Source: Vicugna vicugna (Eukaryota). From it: a stretch of 64,000 bases of DNA. This document shows, piece after piece, positions 47,694 through 60,000 of the stretch. Position 1 is the stretch's first letter, and each line of letters starts with the position of its first letter. The position numbers were made by a program, and so were the translations under genes. Location: assembly GCA_013265495.1 (NCBI GenBank), contig MU059330.1:13649980-13713979 (forward strand), written 5' to 3'. The notes under the pieces were generated by a model. That model did not search any database. It was not told where the DNA came from and was given only the letters and a program-made list of their open reading frames with translations.

Positions 47694-48783
47694 TGCAACC
47701 CCGTCTTCTGTGACGTCGGAGAAGGATGCCCCTCAGACGCCGCATCTGAGGGCCTGGGGGCACCGTCACGCACTCTGCTGCCAGGACCCCTGAGCGGCAG
47801 GCCTGGGGAAACCGTCCTGCCCCATCTCCCAGGCCACCCACCGCAGCGTCAGCTCTGCAGTGGACAGCTCCATGACCGAGGGCATGCGGTCCCCTTGAAA
47901 ACCCACTGGCCAGGACGTAGAATGCAGAGATTTGGGGCACGTCATGAGAACGCTGGCTGGACTGTTCTGCCCTGAGCTCCAGCCCGGTCGGAAACTGGGT
48001 CCCAGTCAGCCGGCAGGCTGGGGCCGCGGCTGCACTGAGGCTCCGAGGGAGTCCTGGCCCACCTGGTGGCTGGGCCGGGGCAAGCCTCCCGGGGCCTAGC
48101 CTTCCTTCCACCTCTGAGGAGGATCGTGGACCCCTCTGTCACTAGACAGGGGCCTTCTGCCTTTTAAAAAGGCACAAAGTCATAGCAAGCATAACGGCCC
48201 CGAGTCCCGGGAATCCGTCTCACAGGAGAGCACACCGAGTTCTCGGGTCGGCCAGGCCACGGGACAGAGTTCACCGGCTCATCCCATCAGCTCATCTTTC
48301 ACGAGGTGATTTCTTTGAAATTCTGTGCAAACACACTATGCACACGTATGCCGTAAGCAAATGCGTGTTTATATATCGCATTTGTGCTAGTGTGGCGAGT
48401 GGTTTGAGTCGAATTTGGGATTTTTTAACGGTTTTTCTAAAACGTACAGTGTTAACCATTAAAGGGGGGAAAGGCCACCAAATCTATCAGAATGACGAAC
48501 AAGCCCATCAGCTCAAAAGCGCTTGCAGTCTCCCTTTGCTCCTCCTGCCTCCACCCCGCAGGTCCCCCGCCTGCTCGGTCTCTGCAGGTCCGCTCTCATT
48601 TTCTCTGATTTTATAACACGGGGCAGTGCGCTGTGTGCGCATCTTTGCCTGAACTCTCTCACCTGGTGTAATAGTTTCAAGACTCATCCACATAGCCCTG
48701 TGTCTCAGTAGTTTGTTTTTTCTCCTTTACATCGCTGAGCAGTATTCCACTGAACTGACGTAACGGTTTATCCTTTCACAGGT

Positions 48784-49298
48784 ATTTTTTTTCAGTTTTC
48801 AGTTTTATTCGGTAGAACTGTTATAATTTGACTGCACGTGTATAATATATTGCGTGTAAATACGTATATACGATGTACTGCGCATATTTGCTTCAGTTTA
48901 CGTGCATGTCGTGGTCATTGTTTCTAGGGACAGTTGAGAGCTTTAGCTTTTTAAACTTACATAGTTACCCAAGGAACACAGCCAACCACAAAATAAAGAC
49001 CAACAGAATGCGGTGATCCGGTCGTAAAGAGCAGTCACGTGTGCTTCACGTGTTCAAGAAATCAGTCACTTAAGTTACAAATAATAAATAGCTCCTCTGC
49101 GTCCTTTTCTTTAGATTCCACGTATAGCGATCTCACGCGGCATTTTTCTTCCTCTGTCTGGCTCACTTCACCTAGAGTGACGATCTCCAGGTCCACCCAC
49201 GTTGCTGCAAATGGCGTTATTTCATTCTTTTTATGGCTGAGTAGTGTTCCGTCGTGCAAATACACCACAGCTTCTGAGTCCAGTCCTCCGCTGATGCT
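48784..49298 (-). mobile_element. Nested younger L1 (L1MA9/L1_Art-like) insertion with target-site duplication
   Basis: T-rich tail at the left, L1 3' UTR 'tagattccacgtatagcgatctcacgcggc...gttgctgcaaatggcgttatttcattc' at the right, flanked by tcctttcacaggt (48771-48783) and tcctttcaggt (49299-49309). Confidence 0.65.
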
Positions 49299-49445
49299 TC
49301 CTTTCAGGTGTTGGTGCACATTTGGGTTGTTTCCAATTATTCGCTGTCACAGAGGAAGCCGCCTCCACATTTGTGGACTTCCTCTCGGGTAAGTGCATGG
49401 GAACAGGATGGCCGAATCGGATGTTTAACGTCTTAAAAAAGAACT

Positions 49446-50439
49446 ATGTGCACAACAGTGTGAATATACTTCACACTCCTGAGCTGCACACCTTAAAATG
49501 CTTAAGATCGTAGCTTTCATGTTAAGTGCTTTGTATCACAATTTAACAAAATAAAAAATAAAGTGACTTCAGTTAGAACAATTAGTGTGTAAACAATGTG
49601 TCACCTTTCTTAGCGCCACCGTTGTGCCAGAATGTGGCATCGATGACTAAGATGTTAGGGGAATCCACAGGGCTACTTATCTTGGATAAATAAGGTCTGC
49701 CACTGGCTTTTATCACAGCACGGCCAGGCGTTTGAATCAACAGGAGGAACGGTCTTCACCTGATTATCTCATTAAGTAATAAAATATTATACGTCATATA
49801 AGATGAAAAAGATGTCACCGTATGAGACATTCAAAGAAATTTCACCTGGTGGCTAGAAAGCAAAACATAACAAAGTCAAGCATTTAACAAAAGCGCAGAA
49901 TTGTTGCCAGCACCTCTGAAGGACCGTAGTAAGAGCTTCCTCCTAACGAGCTGAATGGGCCTGGAGCTCAGGGTCCTACCGGACCTGAGACACGTGTGAA
50001 ACGCTCTGAAGCCTGCTCAGACTTGTGTCTCCTGAGCCCAGCACACTTTTCTTCCAAGGACAGAGGTGACTACTCTCTCTAAAACCTGTGCTTTGGGCCC
50101 CTATTGCCCACTAGCCACTTAGTGTGGGGGCCAGGGTGGCACTGCTCGCCTGAGGGCGAAGACACATGCGGCCCAGTGAGCAGGTCAGTGGGGAAAATGG
50201 AAAATGACGTGTGAAGTACATGTGGAACGTGTGTGGCGGGTGGAGGCAGAACAGAACTGCCCGGCGGCCTTGGAGGACAGCGCTCCCGCCACACGCACAC
50301 GCACACGCCAGCGTGGCTCCACGGTGCTGCTCTCGGGGTGCCACGGGAACATGCCTGCGGTTTTGCAATAGCCCTTTATCATCTACTGATCACAAATACA
50401 TCAAGGGCTGTTAAATAAAAAACCAATAGTGCAAAACTC
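49446..50439 (+). mobile_element. Nested L1 3' terminus plus ~850 bp of non-L1 sequence (candidate 3' transduction)
   Basis: L1MB-type terminus at 49446-49562 with its own A-rich end, then unique DNA, AATAAA at 50414-50419 and an A-rich tail. Candidate TSD aaaaagaact/aaaaacaact at a TT/AAAA site. Confidence 0.5.
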
Positions 50440-53400
50440 AAAAACAACTTACAGAACGGTGGCGGTCACGTGTTCCGTTGTGACCAGGGCGTGTGACAGC
50501 TCCAGCCCCTCGTCTTCCCGGGCAGCTCTCGGCATGTGGGTGTGTTGAACCCTGGTCCCCTAACAGCTGCGTACGGCATCTCGCAGTGGTTTTAGTGTGT
50601 GTTTCCTTCGGACCTAACGGCGTCGATCGTTCTGCCGTGGGCGTGTTTACTGTCTACGCAGCTCCGAAGGGGATGCTCCACTCACACCTTTTGTGCATTT
50701 TCTATTGGGTGGCTCCCGTTGTACTGAGTTTTGAGAATTATTTGCATATTCTTGGTACAAGTCCTTTGTCAATGTAAGGTGGCTTTTTTTCTTTTCTGTA
50801 AGACAAGCTGCCGGCCTGTCTGTTCACCAGGCTCCCAGCATCTGGCAGAGGACAGACGTTTTCACTTTCATGAAGCCTAATTCATCAGTTTCACTTTTCA
50901 AGACCATGCTTCTGATGGCATATTTAGGCACTCTTTGCCTGATTCAAAGTCACAAAGATTTTCTCCAACGATTCCTTCTAAGACTTCGTAAAGTTTTGGA
51001 CTTCACATCCAAGTCTATAACCCATTTCTGTATGATGTGCCTATTACAGCTCATCTTCTTCATGTGGATATCTAACTGTTCCAGCGCCATTTCCAGAGAA
51101 GGCCGTCCTTTCTCTGCTAACTTGCCTTTGCGTCTTGTTGAAGCTCAGTCCTCTGCACACTCCCTCGTCCCCTTCAGCTAAACTGTTGTCTAACCTGCTG
51201 CCGCCCACTCTCGTGGTTACTGGAGCTTCAGGTCTTGAAGCAAGTTAGTGTCCCTCTTGTAACCTTGTCCTTCACCTTCAAAGTTGTTTTGACAATTCAA
51301 AGCCCTTTTTGTCAGTTTGTACAAAAATAAAAGCCTGCTCATAGGGATACCTCTGAATGTACCAACCTGGGAAGAAATGACATCTTAGCAACGTTGGATC
51401 CTTGGGGCCAGGCACACGTCTCCATCTGCTTAGGTGTTTCTTAATTTCTCTTAGCAACACTTCACACTTTTTAGAAGGTCTTGCACATTTTGGCCAGATG
51501 CAGTTGTAAATTTTTTGTGTCAGTTTCCAATAGTTTATGGCACGAATGCAGAACCACGGTTGACACCTGTACACTGAGGCTGCGTCCTGCCACCTGCTCA
51601 GTTGCTTCTGAGCTTATGTAGCTTATTCGTGCATTTCATAGGATCGCCTCCTACACAGACGATTGCGCCGTCTGAGGATAAAGGCAGTCTTGCGTCGCCA
51701 CTTTGTCTGTTTTCTCTGCCTTTTTCAAACTCCCTGCGCTGGTGAGGCTGCAGCTCAGCGCCAAACAGGAGTGACAGAAGGGAACGTCCTTTTCAACTCA
51801 CTGGTCTTAGAGGGAAAGCCTGCGGTGCGGCACCATTTACTATGTTGGGCATGGTTTTGTGTTTGGCTGATTGTTGATTTGTTGATTTTCACGTGGACCT
51901 CTATCAGCGTGAGGCCGTTTTCTTCTGTTCCGAGTTTGCTGAGAGTTTTCATCAGGAATTACTGTTGGTTTAAAAAAAAGTTTGGCAGGTATCGGGGTGA
52001 CCATGCTTCTTCTTCCATAGTGTGTCGGTGTGGTGAGTGACATCTATTAGTTTTTTAATGTTAGGCCAAACTTGACTTCCTGGAATAGCACTGCTTTCTT
52101 GGACTGTACTGTCGTTTTCATGTATCGCTGGATTCGATTTGCTAAAATTGCGTTTAGAATCTCCGCACCTACTTTCGCGAGGGTTATCGGTCTGTAGTTT
52201 TGTTTACTTACAGCGTCTGTCGGATCTGGGTGTCAGAGCAACGCAGGCCTCGTGGCGCGAGTGCAGAAGAGTCCCCTCCGCTTCCGTTTTCTCTAGGTTC
52301 TGTAGAATCAGTGTTCTTTTTCCTTTAATCTTTGGTCGAATTTGTGAAGACATGTGGATCAAAATTTACTTTTTAAGGCTACTCACAGTTGTCTATTTTT
52401 GAATGAGATTTTGTAGTTTGTGCTTTTCAAGGATTTTTTTCCCATTTCATCCGAGTTGTAAACTTCATTGGAAGAAACTGTCTTACAACGTTCTCCCCTT
52501 GACCTGCTAACACCTGTCATAACAGAACTTTTCTCCCTCCTGGCGTCAGGCCTGCGTGTCTTTTCCCTTTTTTCCTAATCAACCTGGCAACATTTTATCA
52601 ATTGCATTGATCTCCTCAAAGACCCCACCCTTGGTTTCATTTAAATCTGTCTGCTGTTCTCCCATTTTTTTATTACGTTGATTCCCTCTCTGCTTACTTC
52701 CTTTCTTCTACTTACTTTGGTTTAATTTGCTCTTCTTTTTCTAGTCTCTTACTGTAAAACCTGACCTCACTGATTCGGGACCTCCTTTTATTTCTCAAAG
52801 GCATCTGACTCTGTAACCAACTCTCTCACTGCACCTCTTCCCACAGACTCCTTGTGGCCGCCACGGTTTCACCTTCGTTCCAGTTCAGCATGCTTCCTAA
52901 TTCCACCTCGAGGGCTTCTTTAACCATGGGCTGCACAGACGTACGTCATCTACCTTCTAAGTATCGGGGATTTTCAGGAGTTAATTCTGCTGGAGATTTC
53001 TAATCTCATTCCACGGCAAGCAGAGAAGACATTTTGCACGACTTGAATCGTTTTAAATTATTAAGGCTTGTTTCGTGGCCCAGGGTGTGGTCTATCTTGG
53101 TAAATGCTTTGTGTGTGTGAGAAGAATTCGGCTACAGTTCGCGGAGTTCTCTGTGAATGTAAATCAGGTAAACTAAACGATCGTGTGTTTTCAGATCTTC
53201 TATATCCTTACAGATAATCCGCGTGCTTCTACGATCAATTACTGAAGTCTTCACCTGTGTTTATGGATTTGTCTGTATTTTCCATTACTATTAACTTTTG
53301 CTTCATCTGTTTTAAAGAATTATTATTGTATACACACATGCTTAGGATTATTGCATCCTTTTGATGAAATCACATCTCCATCGTTATGAATTAGTGATTT

Positions 53401-55430
53401 TTTTGCTCTGAAATCTACTTTGCCTGATACATTGCAGCTACGAAAATGCTAACATTCACAGTGTTATTGTGGTGTAGTTCTTACACGCTTTAACTTTTAA
53501 TCTGTCTGTGTCTTTGTATTTAAAATGGTTTCTTCCCATGATCACATACTTGAGTGTTTCTTTTTATCCAAGCTTATAATTATTGCATTCTAATTACGCT
53601 ATTTAGACCATTTACATCTAAGATGAGTATTGACATAATTAGGTTTCCATCTATTGCCATTCCTTTGGTTTCCGTCTGTCCCATCCCACATGCTGTCTTT
53701 TCTCTTTCTGTGCCCTTTTTGGATTAATCACATTTCATTTCCTATTTTACCTTTTTTGTTTGCTTATTAGCTACAGCCTTCAGCATTTCATTTCGTCTTT
53801 AGCCATTAGAGTTTACTGTGTGGAGTTTCCCTTATTGGTCTGCCGTTAAATTATGCCACTTAATGTAGAAATAAGAGCCTCCCATCCCTCGCCTTCCAGC
53901 CTCGTCCTGTTGTTTTCGTACCTTTCACGCCTGCACATTAGCCCACACGTGACCACATTTTGGTTTTGACGGACAACTATGTTTCAAGGGATTTAAATGA
54001 CAAGACGGTGTTTCAGAGACACCAGGGATGCAGTTGCCATCCCCGGTGCCCCTGCCCTTTGTGAGGCCACACATTCTCAATCTGGCACCACTTTCTGCTG
54101 TCGGAGGCCTTGTTTCACCTTCTTTGCACCTCAGGGCTGCTGCTGGTAAGTCTGCCGGCTTCCCTGTGTCTGAAGCTTTACTTCACTTTTGTTCTGAATG
54201 ACAGTTTTGCTTCGTATAGACGTCTAGGTTGTTCGTTTTTCTTTCGAAACTTTAAAGACAGGGCTTTACTGTCCTCTCACCTGCCCGGTTTGCAGCGAGA
54301 AGACTACAGCCTCCTTTTCCTGGCTCCTCTGTTCACAGCGTGTCTGCTCTGCCGGCCGCGCTAAGCTCTCCTCCGCATCGCTGCTGGCAAGCGTTTGGCC
54401 TTGGCGTGCCTTTGTGCGCTTCCCCGCATGCTCCCCGTAGCAGTGGTCTGCGAGCTTCTTGGGGGTGTATGTTCATAACTTTCTCTACATTTGGAAAATC
54501 GTGGCGAACAGTTTCTTCAAACGCTTCTTCTGCTTCAACCCCTTTCTCCTTCGTGGACGCCAGTACACTGGGCTTGCCCGCACTGCTGGTATTTCATGTT
54601 CCACACATGTTAGGCTGCTTGCGTGTGTCCCAGAGTTCACTAATGATCTGTTGCTCCCACCATTTTTTAAAATATTTGTATTGTCTGTGTTTCATTTTTG
54701 ATAGTTTCAGTTGCTGCCTTCAAGTTCACTATCTTTTCTTCTGAAAAAACTAACTGGCTGTTGATTCCATTCAGTGTATTTTTCATCTTAGATACAGTAT
54801 TTTTCACACCTAGGTTCACTTAGGTCTTTTTCATATTATCCATGTGTTTCTCTTTGACTTTCTGAACAACTAGAATTAGGTTATAGCTGTTTAATATCTT
54901 TGCTCACTCCAACATCTGTGTCCTGCTTTGGCTTCAAACGATTACTTTTCCCCCTCATCATGGGCCGCAGGTCTCTGCCTTATGCACGCCAGCAGTTTGT
55001 TTTATTGAACGTCGCCGAGGGTGAATTTTAGCTTGTTAGGTGCGGCGTATTTCTGTGTTGCTAAACATTCTCAGGCTGAGCTCTGGGGCCACACTAAATT
55101 CCTTGGCTCTCCCTTTAAGATTCGGCAGGCAGGGCTGGCGGACCGCTTGGTCGGGGTCTCAGTGTGCCGCGCTGGTGTGAGGGCTGTAACGGCTCGTCTG
55201 CTGCAAGTCCTGTGAAACTGGAGGCTTCTCTCTGCCTGGCAGGAGCACCCCCCATCTCAGGAGTCGCTGTTCACGCTGAGTCTTTGGGTGCTTCTGGCCC
55301 GTCTTCACTGCTTCCCTCACGCACACGGGCTGGCCGCCTCCCTGCCTGCCGTCGCTGCACACCCAAGGGTGACCCTCAGTGTCTGAGCAGTGCTCACGCG
55401 CCCGCTCATGCTCTCTGCCCCTCTCGCTCC

Positions 55431-55446
55431 CTCTCTCTCTCTCTCT
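55431..55446. repeat. (CT)8 microsatellite
   Basis: Direct read. Confidence 0.9.
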
Positions 55447-55734
55447 CCCTGGTACTGTCTTCTGCTCTGTGGCTGCCAAACTCGCATCTCCAGCCCCTCC
55501 ACTCGGCAAGCCCCTCCCTGTGCCACACGCAGAGCTGTCCAGACAGCCAGCTGCACGATGCTGGGCCCACCTCGCTTGCGTCCAGTACCCCAGAGCCAGT
55601 GCTCCTCATCGTGCTTTGAGAACTTCTGCTTCTTCAGTGTTTTGAAAACCTGTCTGCATTTTCCTCAGGCGTGAGGGTAAACCCACTCTGTGTCACTTCG
55701 GGTTGGAAGGGAGCGGCAGCCCCTTTCTTTTTGC

Positions 55735-57085
55735 TTTTTAATAAATGCTTTTTTCCGAACAATTTTAGACTAAGAGAAAATCGTGAGGACAGGAGGGAGA
55801 GTGCTCAGACACTGCACGCCAGGGGCTCGTGTTAACAGCTTCCATCCTTACGGTGTATGTGTTTGCATGAATGAACCAATATTGACACATTATTATTAAC
55901 TAAAGCACTTGTTTAATTTTGGTTCCTTAGATATCTTCGTGCTGCTACAGGATTCTGTGTAAGCTACCACGTACCTTTAGCTACCATGTCTCTTCAGACT
56001 TCTCAGGTGATGGTTTCTCACACTTCCCCTGTTTTTGATGATCTGGGCAGTTCTGAGGAGCACGGGTCAGGTGTCTTATAGAACGGCCTTCCATGGGGAT
56101 GTGTTTTGGTTTTTTTTTTTAATAATTAAACTGGGGTTATGGGCTTGGGGGAAAGAGCATCGAGGAAAACTGCCATTTTCATCACGTTGTACCAAGTGTA
56201 TACACTGCTGACGTGACATGACTACTGAGGTCGAACTTGATCCCCTGGCTGAGGTCGTGCCCACCAGGCCCGTCCACTCTCCTCCTCTGCACACCGTAGC
56301 CTGTGCAAGAGGTCACTGCTCAGCCCACCCTCAAGGCACAGAGGGTTGTGCTTAACCTGCATGAGGGCAAAGCAGCTACACACTGTTGACCTTGAACAGC
56401 ATGGGTTTGAACTGCGAGGATCAACTTCTGTGTGGCTGTTTTTCAGTAGTAAGAGCTACAGCACCACACAGCCCACGGCCAGGTGGACACAGAGGGACCC
56501 TGTACACGCATGGGGAAGCCGACTGCGCAACTGTATGCAGGTCGTCCGCCATGCAGAGGGCTGGCGCCCCAAGCCCCACTTTGTTCAAGGGTCCACGGTG
56601 TATGACTTTGACCCTGCAGGAGCTTTGTCTCTTCTCTCCTGTTCAGTTTTTGATGCAGCCAATTATTTATATCACTGTAGACTCATGGGTATTTATTTTA
56701 TATTTGGGTTATAATCCAATGCTACTTTTCTTCTTGCTCTAAACTCCAGTTTGTCCCGTTGGCATTCCTTCACTTTGTTCCCGTGTCCCTTCAATGGGCT
56801 CCCATCATTGTGGCCTTTTCTTTGCCTGGGGTTTGGGGGCTGTTTATTCAATTTTTTTAAGCACTTTCTTACTTTCTGGCGCCACCAGATGCTCCAGGCT
56901 GATCCTGACCACTTCGTCCCCTGGTTCCTTCCCTGGAGGACGGCGCTGCAAAGGGCTGGGCCTGAGCCGTGCTCACTGCTGCCGGGCCGCCCTGCTTCTA
57001 GGACCGCTTGGCCGACTCAGAAGAAAATTTCACATATGTACCAGCCTGTTTATGTTCACGCATCTGTGAACACATCTACACGTTT
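55735..57085 (-). mobile_element. L1MD-type LINE-1 3' end, interrupted by a MITE
   Basis: 'atgaaccaatattgacacattattattaactaaag', 'ctggggttatgggcttgggggaaag' and 'tatcactgtagactcatgggtatttattttatatttgggttataatccaatgctac'. Confidence 0.85.
56383..56598. mobile_element. Tigger2-derived MITE (TcMar-Tigger, Tigger2a-like)
   Basis: Imperfect terminal inverted repeats ctgttgaccttgaacagc ... ttgttcaagggtccacgg, internal 'gggtttgaactgcgaggatcaactt', about 215 bp long. Confidence 0.85.
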
Positions 57086-60000
57086 GCTCTCGGGAAGGCA
57101 AGCTGGTCCCGTGTGAATCCAGGCACCTGCTTCCCCTCTGGTCTCAGGACGCTGTGGACAGGGCGGCACCACGGACTCAGGAGACACCCTCTGCGTGGCC
57201 TCCCTGCTGCTCCACTCCCGTGGCAGCCCCTCAGACCGCAGGCGCCAGCCCAGCACAGCCTGGGCGCAGAGCAGCCGCCGGCAGGAGGGCCGGCTGCGGA
57301 GCTGCACGGTGTTTCACAGCTTCCGCCGTGAGAAGATGGTGATGATGCCAGTCCTGACAGCCTGCTTTCACTGCAGGTTCACAAGGGACACTGGTTTCGG
57401 TCGAGCTCATTGGGTTGGAGTAAGAAATGCAAATAAATTAGCAGCTTCCTTGTATAACTTTCGTATCGATTCGAAGATAAAGCCTGATGGGGCATAATCT
57501 CCAGGAGTTAGAAACATCCAAAGACCAAAGAGTGGCGATGCCGCCCGCGGCCTCGCGGCGGCCGAGGGGGACACACGGCGCTCTTGTCCGTCTTGCTTCA
57601 GGCCAGGGCGGCTTTCAGGGAAGGAAACACGCGCCGAATCACCAAGCCCTTAAGGCAGCACCGCTGCCCGTAACCCGTTAGTGCGCCGCAAGCAGAGGCT
57701 TTCTCGGTCCCTGGACTGCAGGCCTGGGCGGCGGCCGGAGCAGGTCCCCCAGGGGAGCGTGGCCTTCGGGCGGCAGCGGTGGCCTCAGCATGCTGACAGC
57801 CTCTGGTGGCTAAAGATGACTCCTGACCCGGGCCCTCCGCACACTGACACTCGCAGGTGAATTTTCTTTACCTTTTATTGTAATCTGTAGCCAAAACCAT
57901 ATAAAATCTGGTCAAAGTGGACATAATTCAATTACAACTTGGATTATTTTTTGCCAAGTTAAGATTTTCCAGTGCGCCAGCCCTGGTTAGCGGCCACAGA
58001 GGCACCACTGAAGCGTCGCTCCGTGAGCCTGGCTGAGACGCACTCGCTCGGCTTTGATCAACTGCACGTCATCACCACTGCGTAACAGGCACAGCCGAGC
58101 TCGAGGCTCAGACCAAAGCGCATCCGCCTCCTGCAGTCAGTGGTTTGGCTGGACTGCCTCCCACTGCGCCTGGTCAGCGGCCCGCGGGGCTTCCTTCAGT
58201 CGGGGGGTCGGGGGGACCGCAGGCACGGCAGCCCCTCTCTGTGTGACTGTATCTTATTAATATAACACAGTTTTATATAATTCATATACAATTAAGAATG
58301 AATGGTGGAACTTTGTTAATTGTGAAGCTGTTATAGTAAAATTATCAACATGCCCATCACTAGGATTAAGGACTACTGAAATACTGAGCTGTCCGGGCCG
58401 AGGCCAGCAGACCACCTCTGGACCTCGGTGTCCCATGGAAACGTGCTGCCAGCATCAGCTGGACCTCCCGGGCCCGGCCGCCTACGTCCACCAGTAAAGC
58501 ACGCACAGGTGCCGCAGGTTGTTTGTGAGCGCAGCGGGAGCGAGCAGCGTGGCCAGTCCATGTGGAGTAAGCGTGCAGAGGCGCCCGGAGGGGACGGACA
58601 TGCCCAGGGCTGTGGGTCACAGGGGGGTCGGCTGCCTCACCGAAGGCGTCTTTTCCCAGAAGGCAGTGGGTGTCTAGACTCCAGTAAGACGTAACAGGAC
58701 CACTCGTGACACATGCGAAAGGGCTGTGTCTTCTGTGCATTTGGTACCTGCTGGCGGTCAGGCCACTTGTCCCAAGACAAGAGGAGGGAGCAGGGCAGGA
58801 AGATGTGACGCGAGGATCTCTCAACACCCTCCGGGTTTGGCCCCGCGGCCTCTGTCTTCTGGAAAGCCCCAGGACATACCTGTTTTGAGAACAGCAGCTT
58901 CCCGTTAGCTAGTGACAGACTTGGGGAGTGGAAGGCGGTGGTCCTTTCCCCGCAGTACCCAGCAGAGAAGCAGAGTGGCCGGAGCCCACGGCAGTGAGCA
59001 GCTGCTCCAGGCTCACAAACCGGCAGTGGCGGTGGTCCAGAGGTTTCACTGACCAACAGACTCCTCGGACGCCGGCCCATGCCAGGCTACCCAGGAAAGT
59101 CCGATCATTCCATTACCATCAGGATCTGGGGTTATGCTAAACAGAAATATCCCATTCTCAGCTGGAAGCACTCATTCGGCAGAGGTCCCGAGCAGAGGGA
59201 CCGGCCAGGCACTTTGAGAGGGAAGGGCTGAGCAGGAGATGGGTAGAGGCAGGTGGGGTTGGAGACGGGTGGGGTGCTTTCGCCCCCACTTCCTCACACC
59301 TCGTAGGCTTCACGGACACGCCTGATGCTGCAGCAGCTGGATGACAGGTCCCAGGCCTGGGAGATGAATGGGGGCGCTGAGCCTGGTGACCCCGGGACGG
59401 CCCCCATCTCTGCATGGCGCAGCCGCTCCGGCGGATGGGTCCTAACAAGGTGCCCTCGGGGCCACCACACCAAGGCCATCCGTCACCATCACCGGCAAGG
59501 ACCGACAGGACGGGGCCTTTGGGACGCCCTAAGCTCTGCTGGAGGACACGGTCGGAGGCTACAGCTGGACGCTAAGTGGAGAGTCTTGATGAGGTGACAG
59601 GTCTCCCTGCTGACACCCAGGGGAGCAGCATTTCCTGAACACTGGCGAGCGGGGCTGGGAGTCCGTCGTTCGCTATCAGCCTTGGTATCTGGGAGGATAA
59701 AAGTTCACCTGCCCGGCTCCCTGCTGGCGTTCCTCCAAGGGCAGGGCCGGCATCAGAGAGTCAAGGAGTCCAGGGGCCACACGGCGGTTTCGTGAGGCAC
59801 CCACGCTTCTGCTCACAGGCTGCCCGCAGGTGCGACCCGTGCCAGGAATGCCCAGGATGCTTAAGAATCTTTGTAAAAGAAAGATGGTCAGTTACTGAAA
59901 TGGAGGATCACAGATCACTCTTCTGAGAGAGCTTCTCAAACGAAATTGTTACAGCGCAGAAAAGTGAATGAGAGGAGGTCTCAAGGGGGATTCCTCTGTC

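Larger units (their letters stand above)
48420..55100 (-). mobile_element. Near full-length ancient L1 (L1MB/ME1-type) with an internal deletion and two nested insertions
   Basis: Collinear antisense L1: 3' UTR (48420-48783, 49299-49445), ORF2 3' part (50440-52500), endonuclease region (~52570-53400) and ORF1/5' region (~54000-55100). No intact ORF. Confidence 0.85.

Noticed and set aside
12493-49625. Weaker CTCF-like motifs (~12495, ~23570, ~35021, ~49606)
   Set aside because: Each has two or more mismatches or an indel in the core and no upstream module, which is expected by chance in GC-rich DNA.
48420-55100. Potentially active full-length L1
   Set aside because: ORF1 and ORF2 are riddled with stops and frameshifts, the RT region is partly deleted, and there are nested insertions.
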